Shown here: positions 18,822 to 27,796 of the stretch, piece by piece
How positions within the stretch are numbered: the stretch's first letter is position 1
Layout: each line of letters begins with the position of its first letter
Assembly: GCA_031423635.1 (NCBI GenBank)
Contig: JANPFX010000082.1
Span: 21,375 to 85,374, forward strand
Direction of reading: 5' to 3'
Source: Acidimicrobiia bacterium
GTDB lineage: Bacteria > Actinomycetota > Acidimicrobiia > Acidimicrobiales > JANYDT01
DNA length: 64,000 bases
Notes under the pieces: generated by a model
Seen by the model: the letters and a program-made list of their open reading frames with translations, nothing else
The model's database searches: none
What the model was told of the DNA's origin: nothing
Made by a program: the position numbers and the translations under genes

Positions 18822-19727
18822 GTGTCGGCATCCTTCCGAGTCACCCAGCGAAGCACGTCGCTCGGCGTGCAGGCCAACCTCCAGCGCAGCATCTCGTCGC
18901 TCCAGGCGCTCCAGGACAAGATGTCGTCGGGCCGCGAGATCTCGCGGCCATCGGACTCACCCGGTGGCACCTCGTCGGCGCTGAGCCTTCGTGCGAGCAT
19001 CGCCCGTCACGAGCAGTTCGACCGTAACGCCAACGACGGAGCTGGTTGGCTTGCCGAATCGGACAATGCCCTGCAGAGCAGCGCGCAGGTCTTGCGTCGC
19101 GCTCGAGACCTCGCGGTCTCCGGCGTCAATGGTTCGCTCGGCCCGAACGATCGCGAGGCTCTTGCCGTCGAGGTCGATGGCCTGCGTGGTCAACTCCTTG
19201 CGTTGGCGAACTCGTCGCGGCTCGGCCGTCCGTTGTTCTCCGGCAACGCACTTCCCGGCGTGGGGCAACCGAATTCCTCGTATGACGCGACCGGCACCTA
19301 CCTGGGTGACACCGGCCTGGTTCTCCGTCCGGTGGCCGAAGGGGGAGTCGTGCAGGTCAATCTGACCGGCCCGGATGTCTTCGGACCGGCCACCAACAAC
19401 GCGTTCAAAGTGCTCACGGACCTGGCCACCAACCTTCGCACCAATGTCGGGGCAGTCAGCCCCACGAGCATCGATGACATCGACGTGGCACTGAACCGTA
19501 TCCAGACGGGTTTGGCAACCGTAGGTGCACGTACGAATCAGCTCGAGACCCTGCAAGGTCGTAACGGTCTGAGCCGAGACAATCGCGTGAGCTCGTTGAA
19601 CGAGATCGAGAGCATCGACATCGCGAAGACCGCAACCGATCTCAAGTTGCAGGAGCTCGCCTATCAGGCGTCGCTCACTGCGGCGGCCCGAGTCATCCAA
19701 CCGTCCTTGATGGACTTCCTCCGCTAG
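18822..19727 (+). CDS. flgL: Flagellar hook-associated protein 3 (flagellin-like hook-filament junction protein)
   Basis: Flagellin-N-like LQALQDKMSSGREISRPSDSP and a C-terminal IDIAKTATDLKLQELAYQASL. Sits after flgK. Confidence 0.85.
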   Translation: MSASFRVTQRSTSLGVQANLQRSISSLQALQDKMSSGREISRPSDSPGGTSSALSLRASIARHEQFDRNANDGAGWLAESDNALQSSAQVLRRARDLAVSGVNGSLGPNDREALAVEVDGLRGQLLALANSSRLGRPLFSGNALPGVGQPNSSYDATGTYLGDTGLVLRPVAEGGVVQVNLTGPDVFGPATNNAFKVLTDLATNLRTNVGAVSPTSIDDIDVALNRIQTGLATVGARTNQLETLQGRNGLSRDNRVSSLNEIESIDIAKTATDLKLQELAYQASLTAAARVIQPSLMDFLR

Positions 19728-19774
19728 AAAGGACAGCGGCCCGACGTGACCCGTCACCTCGTGCCCGTTCCGCT

Positions 19775-20221
19775 ATGAACGCAACCATGCAAGCAGCCGA
19801 GAAGATGACGCCCGATTCCCCCGCTTCAGGGGAGCTCTACTTCGACCACGGCCTTCCGGGCTTCGCCTCGTCCCGTCGATTCGTACTCGAATCGTGGGGC
19901 ACTCCGGACGGCCCGTTCTCCCTCCTGCGCGGCCTTGACGACGAGACCGAGTTTCTCGTTGTCAATCCGGACGTGTTCTTTCCCGACTACGTCGCCGAGA
20001 TCGACGATGAGACGGCTGATTGGCTCGGGTTGAACAGCGCCGACGACGCGTGCCTGCTCGTGATCGTCTCGGTCCGCGACAAGCCCGAAGATGCGACAGC
20101 GAACCTCCTCGGCCCGCTCGTGATCAACCGGAGCAGCGGTCGGGCGATCCAGGCAGTGCTCAGCGAACGATGGAGCACCCGCCAGCCCCTCTTCACCGGC
20201 CTGGGCTCTCCGCGGACCTGA
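19775..20221 (+). CDS. fliW: Flagellar assembly factor FliW (CsrA antagonist)
   Basis: FDHGLPGF...F.L..., the ANLLGPLVIN motif, 148 aa, directly upstream of csrA. Confidence 0.9.
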   Translation: MNATMQAAEKMTPDSPASGELYFDHGLPGFASSRRFVLESWGTPDGPFSLLRGLDDETEFLVVNPDVFFPDYVAEIDDETADWLGLNSADDACLLVIVSVRDKPEDATANLLGPLVINRSSGRAIQAVLSERWSTRQPLFTGLGSPRT

Positions 20222-20346
20222 TTCGGCAGGTCGTCATCGAAGGAGCGCCGACCACAGTCCTCGGCGATGATCCGAGTCCTGGCGCCACTGCTCCGGTAGC
20301 GTGACCGCCCGACCTTCTTCGCACCACACCTCGTTAAGGAGCACGG

Positions 20347-20601
20347 ATGCTCGTCCTGACTCGCAGCACCAACCAAAGCATCATGATCGGTCCCGACATC
20401 GTCGTCACCGTGCTGGAGGTTCGAGGCGACAACGTTCGCTTGGGCATCCAGGCACCGAGGTCGATCGCGGTGTACCGGGAAGAAGTGATCGCGCAGCTCG
20501 AGGCCGCCAACAAGGACGCGTCCTCACCGACTGCCGACGCGCTTGAGCAGCTCCGTTCGTTCAGTGCGCCGCCCAGCGAGCCGGCTACGCCTGCGGAGTA
20601 G
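20347..20601 (+). CDS. csrA: Carbon storage regulator CsrA with a C-terminal extension
   Basis: MLVLTRSTNQSIMIGPDIVVTVLEVRGDNVRLGIQAPRSIAVYREEV. 84 aa, with the C-terminal tail seen in FliW-partnered CsrAs. Confidence 0.95.
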   Translation: MLVLTRSTNQSIMIGPDIVVTVLEVRGDNVRLGIQAPRSIAVYREEVIAQLEAANKDASSPTADALEQLRSFSAPPSEPATPAE

Positions 20602-20695
20602 CGCGCCGGTCGTGCCTTCGTCGACCTGAACGAATCCTCAGTCCTGTCAGTCGACACTCCGCAAGTTCGCGCTGCGACTGCCGATCGATGCTGAT

Positions 20696-21979
20696 GTGAA
20701 CGATTCCGTCTTCCTCGGACGACAACCCCTCATCGGGCGAAACGAGCAGACCCACGCCTATCGTCTGTTCGTCGCCGACGGCATCGACGATGCGAACCCG
20801 TTCGGCGACGCTGATCTGGCCTGTCGACGGCTGCTCTCGGCAATCGCCGCGGCGAACCTCGAGGAGTTGATCGCCGGAAAGGACTCGTGGATTCCCGTCA
20901 CCGCCGACGCACTGGTCCACGGGCTCCACAACGCTCTACCGCCGAAGCGCACGATCCTCGCGCTCACTCCCGTGGAACTCGGGAGGCCCGGCGCCCCAGA
21001 GCTCGTGGAAAGAACTCGCCGGGTGGGATTCCGCGTGGCGCTCGACCTCTCCGGAGAACGCATCGATGATCGTGCGGCGACCGACCCGTTCGGCATCCTG
21101 GCGGGCCTCGGCATCACCGACGTCGACGGGTTCTCCGTGCGGTTCTCGAGCCGCCACGCCGACAGCTTTCATGCATCGGGACTGGAAGCCTCACGTCGAG
21201 GCATGCTGTCTGTAGCCGTTGGCGTCGACTCCACCGAAGACGCCGGCTCCGCACGCAGTGACTTCGACATGAGAGCCGGCGCCTTCTTCCTCCAGCCCGT
21301 GGCCCACGGGCTCGGCGGTTCCGTGGATCGGCTCGCCGCCATGCAACTCCTGGCCGAGCTCGAGAAGCCGAACAGTTCGTTCGAGGATGTGGAGCGGGTC
21401 ATCACCCGTGACCCGTCCCTCGTTCTTCGGATGCTCTCGTTGGTCAACTCCGGCCTGTTCAGCCTCCCCAAGCGCATCGACACGACCCGCTCGGCGCTGG
21501 TGATGCTCGGTCTCCGAAACGTCCGCCAATTGGCGCTTGCGGTCACCTTGAATTCGGTCACCTCGGTTCCTGCCGAGCTCACGCTCACTTCGCTGATCCG
21601 GGCCCGACAGTGCGAACACGTGGCTGCCGAGCTCGGCGTACGTCCCGAGCCGGCCTTCACCGTAGGACTTCTCTCACTCGTCGGAGCGTTCGCCGGGATG
21701 CCCACCGAGGATGCCCTGGTCTCGCTCCCGCTCACGGCAGAAGTCGTCAACGCCATCACCCGCCAGACCGGTCTGCTCGGTGAAGTGCTCGACGCCGTCC
21801 TGTGTTGCGAGGAGAGTCGGCTGTCGACCGCCTGCCACATCGTCGATGCCATCTCTCCAGCCGGGATCGGGCCGGCCGGGAACATCTCGATGCTCGCCTC
21901 GACGTGGATCAACGCGGTCAAGTGGGCCGAGAGGCTCCGCTCCGACGTGGGCGACGTCGCCGCACCGTCGCGACGCTGA
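20696..21979 (+). CDS. EAL-like plus HDOD two-domain signalling protein (YuxH/COG3434-like); EAL motifs appear degenerate
   Basis: N-terminus GRQPLIGRNEQTHAYRLFV, where YELL is expected. ALDLSG replaces DDFG. The C-terminal half is HDOD (ITRDPSLVLRMLSLVNSGLF...ALVMLGLRNVRQLA). Confidence 0.75.
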   Translation: MNDSVFLGRQPLIGRNEQTHAYRLFVADGIDDANPFGDADLACRRLLSAIAAANLEELIAGKDSWIPVTADALVHGLHNALPPKRTILALTPVELGRPGAPELVERTRRVGFRVALDLSGERIDDRAATDPFGILAGLGITDVDGFSVRFSSRHADSFHASGLEASRRGMLSVAVGVDSTEDAGSARSDFDMRAGAFFLQPVAHGLGGSVDRLAAMQLLAELEKPNSSFEDVERVITRDPSLVLRMLSLVNSGLFSLPKRIDTTRSALVMLGLRNVRQLALAVTLNSVTSVPAELTLTSLIRARQCEHVAAELGVRPEPAFTVGLLSLVGAFAGMPTEDALVSLPLTAEVVNAITRQTGLLGEVLDAVLCCEESRLSTACHIVDAISPAGIGPAGNISMLASTWINAVKWAERLRSDVGDVAAPSRR

Positions 21980-22092
21980 CCGACACCCGTCGACACACGC
22001 TAGGTCGATCGGACCATTCCGCGCCGAAGTGCGCACATCTCGGGTCCGCCGGACGATCGGATGGATCGACCACCGAAACGTGGCGTTCGGAA

Positions 22093-22151
22093 AGCTCACG
22101 GATTGAGCTTCCGAAGTCCTTTGACCAAATCACGAATCAAGGAGGATTCCC
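22093..22151 (+). promoter_or_regulatory. fliC 5' leader with two CsrA-type sites: a GGA in a hairpin loop, and a GGA-containing Shine-Dalgarno
   Basis: AGCTCA(22093-98)-CGGAT-TGAGCT(22104-09), with GGA at 22100-02. SD AAGGAGGA at 22139-46, 6 nt before the GTG at 22152. Confidence 0.45.
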
Positions 22152-23372
22152 GTGGGTCTTCGTATCAATCAGAACACCGCAGCAGCCAACGCCTACCGCA
22201 ACCTGAACGTCTCTGACGGACAGATGGCGAAGAGCCTGGAGAAGCTGTCGAGCGGATTCCGCATCAACCGCGCTGCTGACGACGCCGCTGGCCTCAGCAT
22301 CAGCGAGGGCATGCGCTCGCAGATCGGTGGCCTCAAGGTCGCCGTTCGCAACGCTCAGGATGGCATCTCCGTCGTGCAAACGGCAGAAGGTGCCCTGACC
22401 GAGGTCCACTCGCTCCTGCAGCGTGCCCGTGACCTCTCCGTTCAGGCCGCGAACACCGGCGGCAATGACGCCGCTGCTCGCACCGCAGCCAGCACTGAAG
22501 TCGATCAGATCGTCAACGAAGTCAACCGCATTTCGGCGTCGACGGCGTTCGGTGGGAAGAATCTGCTCGACGGATCGCAGACTGCCGGCTTCACCTTCCA
22601 GGTGGGCGCCGGAACGGCAGCAACTGACAAGGTCACCGTGAACATCGCCTCGATGTCCGCGGCCGGCCTCGGCCTCACCGGCACCGCCGCTACGAGCGCT
22701 GCCGGAACCCTCGCAGGTGCCCCGGTCGTTCTTGCCGCCGCCACCGTCGCCCTGACGTACAACACCGGTGCCACCGGTGCCACCAACGTCTCGACGTCGT
22801 TCACGGTTGCGGCCGGCACCTACGACACCACCACGGCCGGCGGGCGTGACGCCCTTCAGGCCGCTCTCACCACCGGCATTCAGTCCGCCGGTCTTTCCAG
22901 TGATCTCAAGGCCGAACTCGTCGGTGACGGCGCAGGAACGTACAAGGTCAAGCTGTCGACGGTCGGAACCGGTGCAACGGCGTCGATCAACGTCACCGGT
23001 GGCACTGCCGCTGCCGGCACCGCCCTCAACCTCACCGCCGGTGCAGTTACCGGCAGCGGTGCGGGTTCGGTCGGCGCCAACGTCGCCGCCGGAAGCACTG
23101 CGGCCATCGCCACTCTCGACGCAGCCATCGTCACGGTTTCGAGCCAGCGTTCCTCGCTCGGTGCCGTGCAGAACCGCTTCGAGCACACGATCGCCAACCT
23201 CAACGTCACCGTGGAGAACCTGTCGGCGTCGGAGTCACGTATCCGTGACACCGACATGGCGATGGAGATGACGGCCTACAGCCGTACGCAGATCCTGACC
23301 CAGGCCGGCACCGCGATGTTGGCCCAGGCCAACCAGTCGCAGCAGGGCGTTCTCCAGCTTCTCCGAGGCTGA
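22152..23372 (+). CDS. fliC: Flagellin
   Basis: LRINQNTAAANAYRNL..., LSSGFRINRAADDAAGLSISEGMRSQ, and a C-terminal SRIRDTDMAMEMTAYSRTQILTQAGTAMLAQANQ. GTG start. Confidence 0.95.
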   Translation: MGLRINQNTAAANAYRNLNVSDGQMAKSLEKLSSGFRINRAADDAAGLSISEGMRSQIGGLKVAVRNAQDGISVVQTAEGALTEVHSLLQRARDLSVQAANTGGNDAAARTAASTEVDQIVNEVNRISASTAFGGKNLLDGSQTAGFTFQVGAGTAATDKVTVNIASMSAAGLGLTGTAATSAAGTLAGAPVVLAAATVALTYNTGATGATNVSTSFTVAAGTYDTTTAGGRDALQAALTTGIQSAGLSSDLKAELVGDGAGTYKVKLSTVGTGATASINVTGGTAAAGTALNLTAGAVTGSGAGSVGANVAAGSTAAIATLDAAIVTVSSQRSSLGAVQNRFEHTIANLNVTVENLSASESRIRDTDMAMEMTAYSRTQILTQAGTAMLAQANQSQQGVLQLLRG

Positions 23373-23383
23373 GCTCGCTCCAA

Positions 23384-23540
23384 TGATCGGGTGAGGTCGA
23401 TGCTTCGGCGACTCCGTCTCCATCGGAGTGACCTCACATCTTGATCGGGTGAGGGTGACGCTGCGTCGTCGTCTTCAGCTCCCCCTGGAGCCCTCACTTG
23501 TTGATCGGGTGAGGTCGATGCTTCGGCGTCGACATCACCT
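23384..23540 (+). repeat. Three tandem copies (period 58-60 nt) of a structured element beginning TGATCGGGTGAGG, 3' of fliC
   Basis: Copies start at 23384, 23442 and 23502. Copies 1 and 3 are identical over 27 nt. Each folds into a stem-loop, and the arms covary between copies. Confidence 0.7.
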
Positions 23541-23624
23541 CCGTTCGTCCCCGCCAGAGGTCATATCGGGCGGGCACGGACGTTGCAGAAAGTCGTTTGG
23601 CCGGGAGGGGTCAGGCGATGGAAG

Positions 23625-23665
23625 CGTGATGGTGACCGGTTAGCTTGCGCCCGGTCACCATCACG
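23625..23665 (+). terminator. Perfect 15-bp inverted repeat followed by TTT; candidate fliC terminator or fliD regulatory hairpin
   Basis: CGTGATGGTGACCGG(23625-39), an 11-nt loop, CCGGTCACCATCACG(23651-65), then TTTCC. Confidence 0.5.
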
Positions 23666-23757
23666 TTTCCGATCTTCGCGTCGTTGACCAGCGGTCCGAT
23701 GGACCCGAACATCGACGTGTTCCGTATGAGGCTCACCGCACGGAGAGGACCGACGAG

Positions 23758-25623
23758 ATGCCCAGCAGTGTCGATGGCCTCATCAGCGGGCTCAACACGA
23801 CGAACACCATCACGCAGTTGATGAACGTGGAGCGTCTGTCGCAGAACCGACTCACCGCGAAGAAGACGGCGAACGACTCGCTCGTCGGCATCTACCAGCA
23901 GCTCAACAGCCGAATGCTGGCGATGAAGGACGGGGGAGCGGCGCTCCGAGCTGCCACCGGCTGGCAGGCCACCCGGGCCACATCGAGCGACGTGACGATC
24001 GCGACAGCGACAACGTCGAGCACCGCTCCGGCCGGCAACCTCACCTTTCGCGTCGACCGTCTGGCCACGACCCACGCATTGGTCTCCGGCAACTCGGTGT
24101 CGAGCACGACCGCGGTCGTCGCCACGCCGAACTCGCACTACCTCGTGTCCGCGGCGTCGTCACTCGGCGTGTCGAACCTGGCCGGCTCGAACGACCTCGC
24201 ACTCGGTTCGCACACCATCACCGTCACACAATCCTCGGCCGGTGCGAAAGCGACCAGCACGACCCTCGGCAACAGCGTCACCGTCGGTGCCGGTGCCACG
24301 ATCGAGTTCGCCACCGACGGATCAACGTCGACGATGCAGACCATCACGCTCGCGGGCGGCACGTACTCACGGTCGGCTCTCACCGACATGGTGACGGCGG
24401 CCTCTGGAGGGTCACTTCGAGCCGGTTTCACGAACGACGGGCGCCTCGAGTTGGCGACGACCCGCGAAGGCAGCGCCGCCCAACTCGCCGTCACCGGTGG
24501 GACAGCGCTCGCCTCCCTCGGGCTCAGCGTGAGCGGTGCCGCATCTTCCGGCGTCGACGCGATCGTGACGGTCGGAACCCAATCGACGACCATCACCGAT
24601 CTGTCATCGGGCAGCGTCGTGAGCCTCGCTGCGCCGACTGTCGGGTCGATCAATGCCACCCTGTCCGGAGGCCTCCGGACAGGCACCGCGAAAGCAGTGA
24701 ACGTGGACCTCGGCAATGGGGAGCTCACCACCGTCACCGACGCAATCAACACCGCGGCAGCAGGATTTCGGGCGACGACTGTTCAGGTGAGTCCGGGCGC
24801 ATATCGACTCCAACTCGCCGCCACCGCCTCGGGCGAGAAAGGCCGGATCACCGCCGACACCACGATCTTCGACGTCGCCTTCGGTGGCATGCAGACGCTC
24901 AGCGCTGCCGTGAACGCCCAGCTCACCGTCGGGTCCGGTGTCGCTGCCTATGTCGTGACCTCGTCGGAGAACAAGGCCGAGGTCTTGCCGGGTGTCACGG
25001 TCGCTCTGCTGAAGGCCGCGCCCAACACGGACGTGAACATCGAAGTCACGAGTGATGCGGCCGCCATCGCCGCGAAGGTCCAGACACTTGTCGAATCGGT
25101 GAACGGCGCGTTGAACTTCATCTCCAGCCAATCGCGCTACGACACGACCACGAAGAAGGGTGGTCCACTCCTTGGTGACAACACCTCTCGGGCGTTGCAG
25201 CGTCAGATCTACGACGCGTTCGGAACGATCGGTGGTGGTGCTGCGGCCCTGGGCATCACGCTCGGGAAAGAGGCGAACATCAACTTCGATCAGGGCAAGT
25301 TCATCGCCGCCTATCAGGCCGATCCCGCCGGTGTGCAGGCAGCGTTCACGAACGTAACAACCGGTTTCGCTGCCCGCGTCGAGACCATCGGCAAAGCGGC
25401 GACCGACTCGGTCTCCGGTCTTCTCACGACAACGATCGCCGGCGGTCAGGAGCTCTCGAAGAACCTCACCACCCAGATCTCGAGCTGGGATACCCGGTTG
25501 GCGCTGCGGGAGGCATCACTGCGACGCATGTTCAGCAACCTCGAGGTCTCACTCGGTCGGATACAGACCCAGAGCAACCGACTCGCCGGTGAGCTCAACA
25601 AACTCCAGTCCAACACCCGCTAA
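23758..25623 (+). CDS. fliD: Flagellar filament cap protein (hook-associated protein 2)
   Basis: N-terminal VDGLISGLNTTNTITQLMNVE and a C-terminal coiled region, 621 aa, positioned between fliC and fliS. Confidence 0.9.
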   Translation: MPSSVDGLISGLNTTNTITQLMNVERLSQNRLTAKKTANDSLVGIYQQLNSRMLAMKDGGAALRAATGWQATRATSSDVTIATATTSSTAPAGNLTFRVDRLATTHALVSGNSVSSTTAVVATPNSHYLVSAASSLGVSNLAGSNDLALGSHTITVTQSSAGAKATSTTLGNSVTVGAGATIEFATDGSTSTMQTITLAGGTYSRSALTDMVTAASGGSLRAGFTNDGRLELATTREGSAAQLAVTGGTALASLGLSVSGAASSGVDAIVTVGTQSTTITDLSSGSVVSLAAPTVGSINATLSGGLRTGTAKAVNVDLGNGELTTVTDAINTAAAGFRATTVQVSPGAYRLQLAATASGEKGRITADTTIFDVAFGGMQTLSAAVNAQLTVGSGVAAYVVTSSENKAEVLPGVTVALLKAAPNTDVNIEVTSDAAAIAAKVQTLVESVNGALNFISSQSRYDTTTKKGGPLLGDNTSRALQRQIYDAFGTIGGGAAALGITLGKEANINFDQGKFIAAYQADPAGVQAAFTNVTTGFAARVETIGKAATDSVSGLLTTTIAGGQELSKNLTTQISSWDTRLALREASLRRMFSNLEVSLGRIQTQSNRLAGELNKLQSNTR

Positions 25624-25731
25624 CGCTTCAACTCCTTTCCTCATGCTTCTGCGCTTCAGCACGTTCGGCGACATGGATGTTCACCGAACACCGCACAGCG
25701 GCACCCCCACTTCCTCTGAAGGGTCTCACGG

Positions 25732-26127
25732 ATGAACACCCAACTCCACCGCGCTCGCTACGTGCAGGATGCCATCGAAACCGCCTCGCCCGCACGGCTC
25801 CTCACCATGCTCTACGACCGTCTTGTCCGCGACATCGCCGGGGCGGAGTTGGCGATCGCGACATCGACCTTCTCGGAGGCGAACACGCTGCTGCTGCACG
25901 CTCAAGACATCGTGCTGGAACTGCAGTCGTCACTCGACACCCGCACCTGGAGTGGGGCGCAGGGTCTGAGCGCGCTCTACACCTACCTCTACGGCGAGCT
26001 CATCACCGCCAACACGACGAAGGACGCGGCTCGGCTCGCAGTCTGCCTGCGCATCGTCGAACCACTCCGCTCGGCCTGGCACGAAGCGGCCGCGCTCGTT
26101 GCCGGCGCCGCCGCCCAAGCGGGTTGA
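25732..26127 (+). CDS. fliS: Flagellar export chaperone FliS
   Basis: YVQDAIETASPARLLTMLYDRLVRDI... and ...LYTYLYGELITAN, a typical FliS four-helix pattern. 131 aa. Confidence 0.9.
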   Translation: MNTQLHRARYVQDAIETASPARLLTMLYDRLVRDIAGAELAIATSTFSEANTLLLHAQDIVLELQSSLDTRTWSGAQGLSALYTYLYGELITANTTKDAARLAVCLRIVEPLRSAWHEAAALVAGAAAQAG

Positions 26128-26426
26128 TCATCGACGCGCCGACACCACCGACCTGGCCCGAGTACGTTGCCTCGCTCGAAGACGGGCTGACCGAGCTGGA
26201 GAACGGACTGACCGGTGTCGTGGCCGAGCACGAGCCTCCGCTGGCCCTTGCCGTGGAAGCTCCTGACGAACCAGTGCCGGACGAGTTGGTGACGCGACTC
26301 GCTGTGCTGGCGCGCCGCCTCGACCGTGCCGCCGCCCTCGTCGCGCTGCACATGGTCGACGTGAACAACAGGGCCAAACCGACCTCACCGTCGTCGATCC
26401 CGATGTTCATCGACCAACGGTTCTAG
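26124..26426 (+). CDS. Hypothetical ~100-aa acidic/helical protein in the position fliT occupies in Bacillus
   Basis: TTG start forming a TTGA overlap with the fliS stop; in frame with the 25677..26426 ORF. No motif recognised, so the call is positional only. Confidence 0.35.
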   Translation: MIIDAPTPPTWPEYVASLEDGLTELENGLTGVVAEHEPPLALAVEAPDEPVPDELVTRLAVLARRLDRAAALVALHMVDVNNRAKPTSPSSIPMFIDQRF

Positions 26427-26648
26427 GACCCTGGTTCGGTGGGGCGCCGTCAAGCCTCATTACTCCTGATGATTCGTCCCGGGAGCGCGCAACTTCGAAC
26501 GTGAGACGACGATCGGTGTGCTTGCACGGAGTGCGCCACGAGCTGCCAAGGATCGGCAGCGATTCGTATCGTTTCGAAAGCGAGCAGGTTCCGTGCGCTG
26601 TCTGTTGCCGACTTCGTGTCGTTCGCTGGCTCCCCTGGTGGCGATGCC

Positions 26649-26993
26649 ATGAACGACCAGACGATCTCCGTCTTGCGTCAATCCCTCGCCGGCCTCACGC
26701 AGCGTCAGCGGGCACTGACCGACAATCTCGCCAACCTCGAGACCCCGGACTATCTCGCCAAGCGCGTCGACTTCGAGTCGAGCCTGCAGCAGGCGATCTC
26801 CAGCGGTGACCCTTCCCAGTCCCAGATCGCGCAGAGTCGCTCCACCGACGCGACCGGCGTGAACGGCAACAACGTCAACCTCGATGACGAGACGATTCTC
26901 GCGGCGGACACGGCACTTCGCTATCAGCTCTCGGTCGAGGCACTCAACGCGAAGTACCGCCTCCTGCGAACGGCGATCCGAGGCCAGGGATGA
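26649..26993 (+). CDS. flgB: Flagellar basal-body rod protein FlgB
   Basis: NLANLETPDY and a C-terminal NNVNLDDETILAADTALRYQ. ATG at 26649. Confidence 0.85.
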   Translation: MNDQTISVLRQSLAGLTQRQRALTDNLANLETPDYLAKRVDFESSLQQAISSGDPSQSQIAQSRSTDATGVNGNNVNLDDETILAADTALRYQLSVEALNAKYRLLRTAIRGQG

Positions 26994-27042
26994 CTCCGGC
27001 GATCCGCATTGACGTGTTGGACACAGCTCGGCGAGCCTCACA

Positions 27043-27432
27043 ATGACCATGTTCGCCGCGCTCGGCGTCTCCGCCAGCGGTCTCCGCGCGTTTCGCTCGT
27101 GGCTCGACTCGGTGAGCGACAACCTCTCCAACCTCAACACTGTCCGGCCGATGAACGAGGCTGCGTATCAAGCGCGCTACGTGCAGGCGACGGCCGACCC
27201 TGCCGGTGGCGTGATGGTGACAGCGGTTCGATTCGGCGATCCGAACGGGGTCGTGGTCAGCGATCCGACCAACCCTCTGGCCGACCAGAACGGTCTCGTC
27301 CGTCGGCCCGACATCGACATGAACGAGCAGATGACCTCGCTCCTGATCGCCCAACGCGGGTACCAGGCCAACGTCGCCGCCGTCGAACGTGTCCGCGACG
27401 CCTACCAACAAGCACTCACGATCGGCAAGTGA
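27043..27432 (+). CDS. flgC: Flagellar basal-body rod protein FlgC
   Basis: SASGLRA...SDNLSNLNT and a C-terminal MNEQMTSLLIAQRGYQANV. Confidence 0.9.
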   Translation: MTMFAALGVSASGLRAFRSWLDSVSDNLSNLNTVRPMNEAAYQARYVQATADPAGGVMVTAVRFGDPNGVVVSDPTNPLADQNGLVRRPDIDMNEQMTSLLIAQRGYQANVAAVERVRDAYQQALTIGK

Positions 27433-27434
27433 CC

Positions 27435-27740
27435 ATGAGCATTCCTCCGATCTCCACGGTCGCAAGCGGCGCAACGTCGCTTCGACCGGAACGCATGGCA
27501 ACGGCCGGGAGTGGAACAGGTGACGGTTTCGGCGACCTTGTGACTTCGGCTCTGAACACGGTGAGCGCGACGCAGAACAATGCCGATCAACTTGCCAACA
27601 AAGCCGCCGTCGGCCAGCTCTCGGACCCGCACGAATACATGATCGCGGCGACCGAAGCGTCGCTGGCGACGGAGCTCACCGTTGCCGTACGCAACCGCGC
27701 GGTCGAGGCATTCAACGACATCATGCGGATGACGGTCTAG
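27435..27740 (+). CDS. fliE: Flagellar hook-basal body complex protein FliE
   Basis: FGDLVTSALNTVSATQNNADQLANKAAVG...HEYMIAATEASLATELTVAVRNRAVEAFNDIMRM. ATG at 27435. Confidence 0.85.
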   Translation: MSIPPISTVASGATSLRPERMATAGSGTGDGFGDLVTSALNTVSATQNNADQLANKAAVGQLSDPHEYMIAATEASLATELTVAVRNRAVEAFNDIMRMTV

Positions 27741-27796
27741 CGCTGTGATGGGCACGTGCATCTTCGCAACAACTCGAGCACTGGGGTTCTGAGCAC

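Noticed and set aside
22001-22030. Possible sigma-28 promoter for fliC (TAGG ... GCCGAAGT).
   Set aside because: The -10 matches only 6 of 8 positions, the -35 is not TAAA, and the spacer is 18 nt instead of about 15. Too weak to call without start-site data.
23428-23643. 71-aa ORF between fliC and fliD, considered as a possible FlaG or small flagellar protein.
   Set aside because: Its repeated LDRVRVTLRRR / VDRVRSMLRRR segments are simply the translated DNA repeat. It is Arg-rich, has no RBS and has no FlaG-like motif. The RNA-structure explanation fits better.
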